Source: Parachlamydiales bacterium (GTDB taxonomy: Bacteria; Chlamydiota; Chlamydiia; Chlamydiales; Rhabdochlamydiaceae). Taken from it: 64,000 nt of DNA. Position numbers and translations under genes: made by a program. The notes beneath the pieces were generated by a model. The model saw nothing but the letters and a program-made list of their open reading frames with translations, was not told the origin of the DNA and ran no database searches. Positions 8,520-17,006 of the stretch are shown here, piece after piece. The stretch's first letter is position 1. The number at the start of each line of letters is the position of its first letter. Location of the stretch: assembly GCA_003153295.1 (NCBI GenBank), contig PLXY01000006.1:219829-283828 (forward strand), read 5' to 3'.

Positions 8520-9563
8520 TTAAATTCCTTTTTCATGATTTAGTAACCATTTTTTGCGGGCCACTCCTCCTCCATAACCACAGAGCTGGTTATTGGCCAT
8601 GATCACGCGGTGACAGGGGATGATGATGCAGAGTTGATTGGCTCCATTGGCATTCGCGACTGCTCTAAACGCTGTTGGTTTTCCAATCGCAGCAGCAATG
8701 TCAGAGTAAGACCGTGTTTCTCCAAGAGGGATTTTTTTTAACTCTTCCCATACTTGATTTTGGAAAGGAGTCCCTAGAGAAGCGATGGGCGTTTTAAATT
8801 CCCGCAATTTTCCTTCAAAATACAGTTTTAATTCCTTTTCAATGGAGTTTATCGGAGACGTATGACCCGGAATAATTCTGGCTTTAGTTTTCTGTCGGAG
8901 ACGTTCGACTTCTCGCTCCAGACCACGACGATCTACAAATTCTACGAGATAAAGCGTTTCTTCATCGGCAATTGCAATCATCGGACCTAGAGGAGTATCA
9001 AACCAAGCGGCTTTGAGGATTTTATAAGGACCTTGTTTAGTCGGGGGAGTACCCATGATCCGAGAAAAAGCATCTCTAAACCCGCTGCTAGATTCATATC
9101 CTGTGGAAAGCTGGGCTTCAATCACAGCTTCGCCTGAGCGAATTTGTTTCATAGCTAGGCCCATGCGTCTTGCACGTGCATAAGCAACAAATGTCATCCC
9201 AAATCGCTTTTTGAATTGACGCCGGGCTGTTGAAGCATCGACGGAGAGTTCTTGAAAATCTCTGTCCTTCCACCGTTTTTCAGGATTTGCTTCGACAGCT
9301 TCTACAAGCGTTTGAGTCAGTTTAGAGACTTGGTAAGGGTGTGAGAGGGGACGGCATCTCCGACAAGGCCTAAAGGAGGCTAAAAGGGCTTCTTGAGCGG
9401 TTTTAAAAAATTCACAGTTCTCAAATTTGGGTTTTCGAGCCGGACATGTAGGTCGACAAAAGACGCCGGTGGTTTTGACACCGACAAAGAAAACACCTTC
9501 ATATTCGGTTTTTTTATCTAGCATGGCTTGATAAAATTCTTTTTTGCTTTCGGCTGTGATCAT
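8520..9563 (-). CDS. ada: bifunctional Ada-type regulator / O6-methylguanine-DNA methyltransferase
   Basis: N-terminal Zn methylphosphotriester domain (FFVGVKTTGVFCRPTCPARKPK), a central AraC-type HTH, and a C-terminal MGMT active site IIPCHRVI. Confidence 0.9.
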   Translation of the reverse strand: MITAESKKEFYQAMLDKKTEYEGVFFVGVKTTGVFCRPTCPARKPKFENCEFFKTAQEALLASFRPCRRCRPLSHPYQVSKLTQTLVEAVEANPEKRWKDRDFQELSVDASTARRQFKKRFGMTFVAYARARRMGLAMKQIRSGEAVIEAQLSTGYESSSGFRDAFSRIMGTPPTKQGPYKILKAAWFDTPLGPMIAIADEETLYLVEFVDRRGLEREVERLRQKTKARIIPGHTSPINSIEKELKLYFEGKLREFKTPIASLGTPFQNQVWEELKKIPLGETRSYSDIAAAIGKPTAFRAVANANGANQLCIIIPCHRVIMANNQLCGYGGGVARKKWLLNHEKGI

Positions 9564-9624
9564 AGTTACCTCACTTGATTTTCTTTAGATGATAGTGAGT
9601 CAAAACAATATGCATGGCCGAAAT

Positions 9625-10131
9625 TCAGGCGTTGATTTTTTTTAATATTTCTTTAAATAGAGGATCTTTTAACTCTCTGTATTTAGATCCATCTTCATTG
9701 ACTTCTTCAGCTGCTTTTTTCTTGAGGTCGCTATATTTTTGGGCTTCTTCTGGATGGTTTTTCAGATAGTCCCTGAATGAGAGTAAATTCTTCCACTCCT
9801 GGTTTCCCAAACGCATTAAGTGCACATGGTATCTTCGGATTCCTTCGTCTGAATCTGGCAAATCTATTCTAAAAAAGAGTCTTTCAGGAGTGCTATGTAT
9901 CGGTCTAAATTCATATCCCAGGCTTTGTAGCTTTTTGGATACTGAATCGATCTCTTTTTCAGAAACACCACTGGCGATATCGATGATACCTTTGCCACCC
10001 AAATTTGGAATAGCCGTACTGCCGACATGTTCGATAGTTAAACCTTCAATATGGGAGGTAATTCTTCTTTTTTCTTTTTCAAAAAGGGCGGGAAATTTTT
10101 TATTGTAGGGTTTGAAGACGTATTTTTTCAT
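9625..10131 (-). CDS. GrpB/UPF0157 family protein
   Basis: HVGSTAIPNLGGKGIIDI and RRYHVHL are typical GrpB nucleotidyltransferase-fold motifs. Confidence 0.8.
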   Translation of the reverse strand: MKKYVFKPYNKKFPALFEKEKRRITSHIEGLTIEHVGSTAIPNLGGKGIIDIASGVSEKEIDSVSKKLQSLGYEFRPIHSTPERLFFRIDLPDSDEGIRRYHVHLMRLGNQEWKNLLSFRDYLKNHPEEAQKYSDLKKKAAEEVNEDGSKYRELKDPLFKEILKKINA

Positions 10132-10136
10132 AGCTG

Positions 10137-10676
10137 TTAGGATTTAATGTGACTGATCACAAAATCAGCTCTTTTCTCCACGCTCATTTTTGGCACTTCA
10201 ATTAACTCTCGGCCGTATTCTTGATAGACTTTCACGAGGTTATTATACACCCTGATAACTTCTTCATACAGTTGTTTCCTCTCTGCGTCCGGATGATAAA
10301 TTTCCTTCCAAGGAGGTAGAATAAATATTTTATTATTATAAACGAGATCTTGGACAGCCTTTTGAAGTTCTTCGGAGGAGTTGCTTTGAGTGAAACGGTC
10401 ATAGGCGATTAAATCCAGGATATCCCGATCGAAAAATACGATCTCCTGACTGTGTTCCACGGCTTTATATGTTTCTATAAATCTGGCTAACATGAGTTCC
10501 TTGAAACGTTCGATATTTTTCCACGGGACGCCATTGCCATTTGTTTTTATCTGTTCTTGGATGATCTGCCGTGCAACTTCTTCCACGCAGTGGTAGCCCC
10601 GTTTTTTGAGCTCATGGATTAAAGCAGTCTTCCCAGAACCCGTGGCTCCTGTAATGACAAAAAATCGATTTTTCAA
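10137..10676 (-). CDS. AAA_28/NadR-like P-loop ATPase
   Basis: The P-loop VITGATGSGKTALIHELKKRGY is followed by EEVARQIIQEQ..., as in the small AAA_28 ATPases. Confidence 0.65.
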   Translation of the reverse strand: MKNRFFVITGATGSGKTALIHELKKRGYHCVEEVARQIIQEQIKTNGNGVPWKNIERFKELMLARFIETYKAVEHSQEIVFFDRDILDLIAYDRFTQSNSSEELQKAVQDLVYNNKIFILPPWKEIYHPDAERKQLYEEVIRVYNNLVKVYQEYGRELIEVPKMSVEKRADFVISHIKS

Positions 10677-10805
10677 ATAAGTATCCCCATTCGTAGCATG
10701 TCATGATGATAACATAGCCATCTTTGTTCAGGGGAGCAAGTTCAAAAGCTTACCCCTACTCAACTTATGCTAAAAACAACCAAATATTTTGTTTCGAACT
10801 TCCTA

Positions 10806-10854
10806 TTGACACCTGAATTTACGTTCATGTAATATACCCAATCATTAGGTATAT
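10806..10854 (+). promoter_or_regulatory. sigma70-like promoter with an overlapping inverted repeat (candidate PadR operator)
   Basis: TTGACA (10806-10811), an 18-bp spacer, then TAATAT (10830-10835). The inverted repeat ATATACC-N9-GGTATAT (10832-10854) abuts the ATG at 10855. Confidence 0.4.
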
Positions 10855-11391
10855 ATGGCGAAAACAAATAAGACAAAGTTCGTGATCCTGGGATTTCTTT
10901 TGGATGGCTCCCGTTCAGGATATGAGATCGGCCAGATCATCAAGAAATCGACAAATAACTTTTGGCAAGAATCAGATGCCTCTATCTATCCCGCGCTTAA
11001 ATTGCTCGCCAAAGAGAAAATGGTTTCTTCTGAGACGGCTTATGTCGGTAAAAGAAGGAAAGAGGTTTTCACTATCACTAAAGCAGGCAAAAAAGCCTTT
11101 ATGGAATGGTACAAAAAACCTCCTGAGCAGGATATGCATCGGGAAGAGTTTCTCTTAAAACTCTTTTTTGCGACTGAAACTACAAAAGAAGAAATGGATT
11201 GCCACTGTGAGCAAAAACTCAAAGAACTGAAAGAGACTCAGGAAAAATATAAACAAATCGAGAAGTTTCTAAAAAAAGAGCTTCCTAAAAAGACCTATTG
11301 GTTAAAAACCCTTCAAGTGGGCCTTGCCCATCTAGAAGTCGATATCCATTGGTTACAACAACAAAGGGAAACAAATGCTAAACATCATTAG
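10855..11391 (+). CDS. PadR family transcriptional regulator
   Basis: FVILGFLLDGSRSGYEIGQIIKKSTNNFWQESDASIYPALKLLAKEKMV is a winged-helix PadR signature. Confidence 0.85.
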   Translation: MAKTNKTKFVILGFLLDGSRSGYEIGQIIKKSTNNFWQESDASIYPALKLLAKEKMVSSETAYVGKRRKEVFTITKAGKKAFMEWYKKPPEQDMHREEFLLKLFFATETTKEEMDCHCEQKLKELKETQEKYKQIEKFLKKELPKKTYWLKTLQVGLAHLEVDIHWLQQQRETNAKHH

Positions 11392-11872
11392 TAAGATTCC
11401 TATTTTCGTCGGACCTTTATTTGTCATTTTGCTCCTTGGAGGCCTTAGAGCAAGAAAGACAGGCATGGTTCCTTTAGCCTTATTGCTTGCCATCCCCTCT
11501 GTTTTCTTCACTTGGTCGCTCTTTTCATTCTTTGGCAGGTATACAGATCCGTTATCGATTTTGCTTTGGATCGTCTGTTTAAGTTTGGGGTTTTTTCTCG
11601 GATTTTCTCATATCCACAGAATGGATCTACGATTTGATAAGAAAAAAAGAAAAGTAGAAATGCCGGGGAGCTGGATTCCCTTGATGCTTTCGATGTCGAT
11701 CTTTACCTTAAAATTCTCGATTGGGATGTTGAGGACGGTAGCGCCTCATTTAAATGAATCGATCCTCTTGCTAGGTCTTGAGCTTCTTGCGACGGTGATT
11801 CTTGGTGTTTTTGCGGGAAGGGGAATCGGCTGCCTTGTTCGATATAGAGCTGCTTATGACCCGATTCTTTAA
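11375..11872 (+). CDS. hypothetical 4-5 TM membrane protein co-transcribed with PadR
   Basis: It overlaps the padR 3' end by 17 nt. Hydrophobic helices include IFVGPLFVILLLGGL and LLWIVCLSLGFFLGF. Confidence 0.6.
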   Translation: MLNIISKIPIFVGPLFVILLLGGLRARKTGMVPLALLLAIPSVFFTWSLFSFFGRYTDPLSILLWIVCLSLGFFLGFSHIHRMDLRFDKKKRKVEMPGSWIPLMLSMSIFTLKFSIGMLRTVAPHLNESILLLGLELLATVILGVFAGRGIGCLVRYRAAYDPIL

Positions 11873-12432
11873 AGCTTTTCTGATAAGCGCGTGTGCTCTT
11901 TTATAAGGAGCACACGTATTGACACGGATCCATTTGCTCAGAGGCCACTGCTTTCCTGATGCTAGGGTACACCAAGACCAGACTCCCCATTGATCTAAGT
12001 TGCCTGTTTGAGCTTCTTTTTCAATAATATCGATAATTTGCAGAACAACCTGTGAAACGCTTTATCTTGCTGATCACTATTTTTGTAGCGATATTTTTGA
12101 TGGAAATGGTGAGAGATGCCTTTGTAGTCCCATGTGGAAAATCCGTCACCGGGCATGACGGGCATTTTTCCTTTTAATCCAGCCTCGTACCACCGGATAA
12201 CGCATTTACCCCATCCAATTTGATAAGCAATGAGATCGGAGATAATCTTAAGCTTTCTAGACGACGAGATGAGATTTATCAGACGGTCGTATTCTTTTAG
12301 GATCTCATCGCTGAGGGAATTCATAGTTACCGCTGTTTGACTATTTCTAGAATTTCTTCTTCTATCAATCTTGTTCATAGTGGAAAAAATATTATATTTT
12401 TTTCCGGCTTTATGCAAATGACCTAAATTCAA
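11870..12432 (-). pseudogene. frameshifted ClbS/DfsB (DUF1706) family gene
   Basis: The track ORF carries ISDLIAYQIGWGKCVIRWYEAGLKGK...GFSTWDYKGISHHFHQKY (ClbS-like) but ends prematurely. The downstream sequence in another frame reads VVLQIIDIIEKEAQTGNLDQWGVWSW..WPLSKWIRVNTCAPYKRAHALIRKA, which matches the ClbS C-terminus (..FNTASPYKNA..). The frame switch is near 12045. Confidence 0.55.
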
Positions 12433-12488
12433 ATCATTTTTATCATAGAAGTTGGATGTCTGGCATGTTAAAATAGTTCGAACAATTT

Positions 12489-13052
12489 ATGACTATTATC
12501 AAAACAGACCGATTGATTCTTCGACCCTGGAAAGAAGAGGACATAGAACCTTTTGCGCAGTTAAATGGCGACCCCCATGTGATGAAATACTTTCCCTCTA
12601 CATTGACAAAGGAAGTAAGCGATCAGATGGCAAAAAGAATGCAAAATAAAATAGAGGAAAGGGGTTGGGGATGGTGGGCTGTTTCTGTGCCCGAAGTGGC
12701 AGATTTTATTGGTTTTATCGGCTTGAATAATGTGGATCAGTCTTTCCAGGTTCCTTTTACTCCTGCGATAGAAATCGGATGGAGATTGGCTTCGAATTAT
12801 TGGGGAAAAGGCTATGCGTCCGAAGGAGCTGCAGCCTGTCTCAAGTACGGGTTTGAAGTCCTAAAGTTAGCAGAAATTGTCTCCTTTACCTCTGTCCCCA
12901 ATAACCGTTCAAGAAGAGTCATGGAAAAGATCGGGATGCATCGCGATTCTAAAGATGATTTTGACAATCCGAATCTTGCAGAAAATCACTGGCTTAGAAA
13001 GCACGTTTTATATCGACTGGGGGTAGGGGAATGGCAAAAGCAACTCGCCTAA
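12489..13052 (+). CDS. GNAT N-acetyltransferase (RimJ/RimL-like, Acetyltransf_3)
   Basis: IKTDRLILRPWKEEDIEPFAQLNGDPHVMKYFP and WGKGYASEGAAACLKYGFE. Confidence 0.85.
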   Translation: MTIIKTDRLILRPWKEEDIEPFAQLNGDPHVMKYFPSTLTKEVSDQMAKRMQNKIEERGWGWWAVSVPEVADFIGFIGLNNVDQSFQVPFTPAIEIGWRLASNYWGKGYASEGAAACLKYGFEVLKLAEIVSFTSVPNNRSRRVMEKIGMHRDSKDDFDNPNLAENHWLRKHVLYRLGVGEWQKQLA

Positions 13053-14506
13053 CCTTTCTTTTGCCTATATAAGTTGATAATGATTTGCACGGTATATTGG
13101 TAACAGCTGCTGCAAAATTTATGTCTCAACAGAGGATCGGGATCTAATATCGTTACATGGTTAAGCTTGGAAAATTCAGCTTCGTAATGCTTCATTCTTT
13201 GCTGTGTGTAAACTTCAATTGTCTCAGGGTCTGTCGTATCTAGATTTAAGAGGACGTCGTGCTCCGCTAATTGATGGATCATATCCTGCTGGCTACGCCC
13301 TTTTTTACTGCCAAAATACCTTTGCAAAGCAAGATAGCGGATATTGGGAGATCCCAGACGGCAAACAAAATCAGCAGCACTAGCAAAATTGTGGGAATCA
13401 GGATGGCTTTTTCCTGGATCGATAAACGATCCTCCACCAAAAGTAAAAATGATGAGCTTTTCTCTTTCTTTTTTACTTAGGAGTTCGAGCGCATGCTCGG
13501 TGATAATCGCTCCTTGGCTGTGAGCAAAAATAATAACGGGAGGATGGGCTTCATCTTTTTCCGAGAGGCTGAGGAGATACCGAAAAAATTTAGCCGCCCA
13601 TCGGACAATGGCGGTATTCAGTGTCAATTTTAAGACGACACAGATCAAGGCATCTTTGATGGCTAAAAGAGCCCGGTCGTTGGGCATCGAAAAAACTTGC
13701 TCTCCGTCAGCAGCTTTTGAGATTTTTTCAGCAGATTCTAGAGCTTCTTCTTTCGTGTTGTCGATGCCATTGATAAATCCCCAGATGCACTGGCCCGGTT
13801 TTCTTTCACCGACCGTCCGTATTAAAGTATCAATTTTGCCAGGAGAGGGAAACAGCTTAGAGTCAGGTATTTTTAAGTATTGCATGTAGCCATTGGGCCT
13901 TGAACGCAAATGGATAGCGCCGCTCCGTTCATTGACAATGACGCCGTCTAAACGATGGGATTGCACCCATTCGATGCCTTCTTTCTTAGTAAGAACAATA
14001 TTATCCCCGATGAGATAGGTTTCTTCTTTACCTTTGCCATTTTCAATTTTTGCAATGATTTTTGGCAGAAGGAAAAAAGATTCATTGCCCGTTGTTGCAT
14101 ACCCGCATAGCTTTTCGATGCTGAGAAGCAGGCGCTCTAATTCGGGCTTACTGAGAGATTGGATCTTTGTCTCCGGAGGGATTTGACTTAAAGAAGATAA
14201 TTGGCTGACAAAGAGATCAGGGGTTTCGGATTGATAATGCTCTCCCAGAATTTTTAAAGATGAATTGAAATACTTCTTCGACCGGATCCAGGTTGCCAAT
14301 GCTTTACGGCCTTCTCGGGGATGAGAAAAAATGGCATACCGATCGTAGTTTCCTATCGAACCGAGCTTACGGGGGCCTTGACTGCGGACCAAGCCCGGGT
14401 TATTGATACGCCAGGCTAAACTGCCGCCGGACGCAACGTATTTGTTTCCTGCAGTATCAAAGTAAAAGACGACTTCGTCGCTGAATTTGTAGGCGGTTTT
14501 ATACAT
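13049..14506 (-). CDS. hypothetical protein with a C-terminal alpha/beta-hydrolase (lipase-like) nucleophile elbow
   Basis: PPVIIFAHSQGAIITEHAL fits GxSxG (AHSQG), followed by LIIFTFGGGSF. I do not recognise the N-terminal ~300 aa (WRINNPGLVRS motif). Confidence 0.5.
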   Translation of the reverse strand: MYKTAYKFSDEVVFYFDTAGNKYVASGGSLAWRINNPGLVRSQGPRKLGSIGNYDRYAIFSHPREGRKALATWIRSKKYFNSSLKILGEHYQSETPDLFVSQLSSLSQIPPETKIQSLSKPELERLLLSIEKLCGYATTGNESFFLLPKIIAKIENGKGKEETYLIGDNIVLTKKEGIEWVQSHRLDGVIVNERSGAIHLRSRPNGYMQYLKIPDSKLFPSPGKIDTLIRTVGERKPGQCIWGFINGIDNTKEEALESAEKISKAADGEQVFSMPNDRALLAIKDALICVVLKLTLNTAIVRWAAKFFRYLLSLSEKDEAHPPVIIFAHSQGAIITEHALELLSKKEREKLIIFTFGGGSFIDPGKSHPDSHNFASAADFVCRLGSPNIRYLALQRYFGSKKGRSQQDMIHQLAEHDVLLNLDTTDPETIEVYTQQRMKHYEAEFSKLNHVTILDPDPLLRHKFCSSCYQYTVQIIINLYRQKKG

Positions 14507-14556
14507 GGTAAATTGAAAAAATTATAACTTAAAATAACTCTTTCAATCCACCAAGA

Positions 14557-15393
14557 TCACTTAGCTTTAATGAAGGCGAGCAGATCGGTATTAATCTGAT
14601 CCTTCAGCGTCGAGCACATGCCGTGCGGAGCGCCTTTGTAGATTTTTAATTGCGCATCGGGAATCAGTTTTGATGAGAGCTTAGCTGAAGCTCCGATCGG
14701 TACAATCTGGTCGTCGCTTCCATGAAGGATCAGTGTGGGGATGTCGAATTTTTTGAGATCTTCAGTAAAATCTGTCTCGGAAAAAGCCTTGATGCAATCG
14801 AAGATGCCTTTAAATCCTCCTAGCATACTTTGAAACCAAAATGAATCGCGGAGTCCTTGCGAGACATGAGAGCCGGCTCTATTAGCTCCATAGAACGGTA
14901 AGCTGAGATCTTTAAAGTACTGGGAACGGTCTTTTAGAACCCCCGACCGGATCTGATCGAAGGCCTCCATCGGTAAACCGCCAGGATTGGCTGCTGTTTT
15001 TAGCATGATAGGCGGGACGGCGCCGATCAAAACGGCCTTTGCTACCCGTTTTGTGCCGTGGCGGCCGATATAGCGGGCAACTTCGCCGCCGCCGGTAGAA
15101 TGGCCGATGTGAATCGCATCTTTTAAATCCAGCGCTTCTACGACTTTGGCAAGGTCGTCCGCGTAGGTGTTCATTTCATTTCCATTCCAGGTCTGGCTTG
15201 ATCTTCCATGACTGCGTCGATCATGCGCGATACATCGATAGCCATGAGAAGCTAAAAAAAACATCTGATCTTCCCAGGCATCGGCGGTCAGCGGCCAGCC
15301 ATGGCTAAAGACGATGGGCTGCCCTTTGCCCCAATCTTTGTAATATATGTGGATATCTTTAGAGTTTTCTTTGCCGACCGTAACATAGCTCAT
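14557..15393 (-). CDS. alpha/beta hydrolase, non-heme haloperoxidase/arylesterase type
   Basis: [52 protein letters not shown], nucleophile [20 protein letters not shown]. The start was chosen at MSYVTV; the track ORF extends to 15429. Confidence 0.85.
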   Translation of the reverse strand: MSYVTVGKENSKDIHIYYKDWGKGQPIVFSHGWPLTADAWEDQMFFLASHGYRCIAHDRRSHGRSSQTWNGNEMNTYADDLAKVVEALDLKDAIHIGHSTGGGEVARYIGRHGTKRVAKAVLIGAVPPIMLKTAANPGGLPMEAFDQIRSGVLKDRSQYFKDLSLPFYGANRAGSHVSQGLRDSFWFQSMLGGFKGIFDCIKAFSETDFTEDLKKFDIPTLILHGSDDQIVPIGASAKLSSKLIPDAQLKIYKGAPHGMCSTLKDQINTDLLAFIKAK

Positions 15394-15459
15394 TTGATTT
15401 TCCTTTTTGATAAAATCCTTTTGTAGCATGGTGAAATTTTAACTTCAAAAGGCAAATTT

Positions 15460-16212
15460 ATGTCTAAAAAACTCGCAGGAAAAGTCGCTATTGTAACGGG
15501 TGCATCCAAGGGAATCGGGGCTTCAATTGCCCTCCATCTCGCAGCAGAAGGTGCTAGCGTAGTTGTTAATTATTCCTCCAGCAAAGAAGGCGCTGAGCGG
15601 ATCGCGAAAGAAATTCAGCAGAAGGGCGGCAAGTCGATGGTCATACAAGCTAATATGACGAATCAGAAAGAGATTCAACATCTCTTTTCTGAAGCTGAGA
15701 AAGCATTTGGCAAGCTTGATATCCTTGTCAACAACGCCGGTATTTACGATTTTACTCCTATCGATGAGTTTACTTCCGAGCATTTCCACAAAATGTTTGA
15801 TCTAAACGTGCTCGGTTTACTTCTTGCCTCCCAAGAAGCTGTGAAGAGATTCGGGACTAAGGGTGGGAGCATTGTGAATATTAGTTCGGTAGTGAGTATT
15901 TACTCAGAACCGGGGTTCTCTATTTACAGCGGTACAAAAGGCGCTGTCGATGCCATTACACGATCGTTAGCTAAAGAGCTGGGTCCACGCAAAATCCGTG
16001 TCAATACGATAAACCCAGGCCTAATAGAGACAGAAGGGACGCATGCCGGAGGCATGGCCGAAGGAGAGTTCCGACGGGAATTTGAAAAGAAAACTTCTCT
16101 TGGCAGAATCGGACAGCCGCAAGACATCGCCCATGCTGCCGTCTTCCTCGCATCGGACGATGCTTCATGGATCACCGGTGAATCGTTATTTATCACCGGC
16201 GGCCATGCCTAG
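15460..16212 (+). CDS. short-chain dehydrogenase/reductase (FabG-like)
   Basis: TGASKGIGASIA, NNAG, and the catalytic YSGTKGA (YxxxK). Confidence 0.9.
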   Translation: MSKKLAGKVAIVTGASKGIGASIALHLAAEGASVVVNYSSSKEGAERIAKEIQQKGGKSMVIQANMTNQKEIQHLFSEAEKAFGKLDILVNNAGIYDFTPIDEFTSEHFHKMFDLNVLGLLLASQEAVKRFGTKGGSIVNISSVVSIYSEPGFSIYSGTKGAVDAITRSLAKELGPRKIRVNTINPGLIETEGTHAGGMAEGEFRREFEKKTSLGRIGQPQDIAHAAVFLASDDASWITGESLFITGGHA

Positions 16213-16251
16213 CATGCTAGCGCAATCGCTGTTTTTAAACGTGACAGCGCA

Positions 16252-16815
16252 CTAGAGTTTAAAAATGGAGAAAATAATTGAGGGGATATCCGCTTCTGAG
16301 CTTGCAACGGGTGTAGAGCTGCGGCTCGTGTAAATAAGACCCAGATCTTTTTGGTTAGCTGCGATCTGAACTCCAATTTTATCTCCTTTATTGCACCAAA
16401 CAATTGTTTGAGAAACAAGGACAGAAGTCGTGGAGGATTGATCAACAGATTGACGGCAACCGGAATTAGGAACAACAGTATCGTTTTGGGTCAACCAGAT
16501 ATCGACAAATCCTTTTGCTTTGCTTCCAGGCAGCGCCCCGACTTGTCCTGCAGCAACGATAAAGTAATAGCCGTTGGAGGAAATTATTAGAGCTTTCTGA
16601 CTGTCTAGCATAAGGGCATTCATATCATCAGTAGGTAAAACAGTATCATTATTCCCCATGGTAATATTGATCAGCGCATTTGGATTAGTGATGGTCTGAT
16701 TTTTTGAACTGGAGAATTGAGCTAGCGGTGTGGCCGCATAGGTCTGAACGCCAAATCCAAGAGCAAGCAAAAATAGAGCTCTTTTAATAGATCGAATAAA
16801 AAGTGTACTTTTCAT
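16252..16815 (-). CDS. secreted hypothetical protein, possibly with a C1q/TNF-like jelly-roll
   Basis: Signal peptide MKSTLFIRSIKRALFLLALGFGVQTYA. The pattern NGYYFIVAAG ... VDIWLTQNDTVV ... VWCNKGDKIGVQI resembles the GxYxF / L.kNG / L..GD.V.vq layout of C1q domains. Confidence 0.5.
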   Translation of the reverse strand: MKSTLFIRSIKRALFLLALGFGVQTYAATPLAQFSSSKNQTITNPNALINITMGNNDTVLPTDDMNALMLDSQKALIISSNGYYFIVAAGQVGALPGSKAKGFVDIWLTQNDTVVPNSGCRQSVDQSSTTSVLVSQTIVWCNKGDKIGVQIAANQKDLGLIYTSRSSTPVASSEADIPSIIFSIFKL

Positions 16816-16916
16816 TTTCTCTTTCCCATGGTTATGATGGATATATTTGTGATTTAACCGTCCACAGAAATAAATTCAACACATATTCCGTCAATAAACC
16901 GAACAGAAAACCCCGC

Positions 16917-17006
16917 TCGGCGAATCCGGCAGCCGCAAGACAGCGCCCATGCTGCTGTCTTTCTCGCATCCTACGACCGTTATTTGTCACTGGCGGCTAT
17001 TTTTAA
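16917..17006 (+). pseudogene. orphan degenerate copy of the SDR gene 3' end
   Basis: GGCGAATCCGGCAGCCGCAAGACAGCGCCCATGCTGCTGTCTTTCTCGCATCCTACGA..CGTTATTTGTCACTGGCGGCTAT aligns to 16102-16212 of the intact SDR gene. It differs by about 10 substitutions and a deletion of about 23 nt. Confidence 0.65.

Noticed and set aside
12452-12649. A 65-aa ORF overlapping the start of the GNAT gene.
   Set aside because: It is out of frame with the well-supported GNAT ORF and has no motif support.
16209-16590. Alternative-frame ORFs (88 aa minus strand, 79 aa plus strand) overlapping the C1q-like gene.
   Set aside because: The 187-aa frame has a clear signal peptide and a coherent domain pattern. The others do not.
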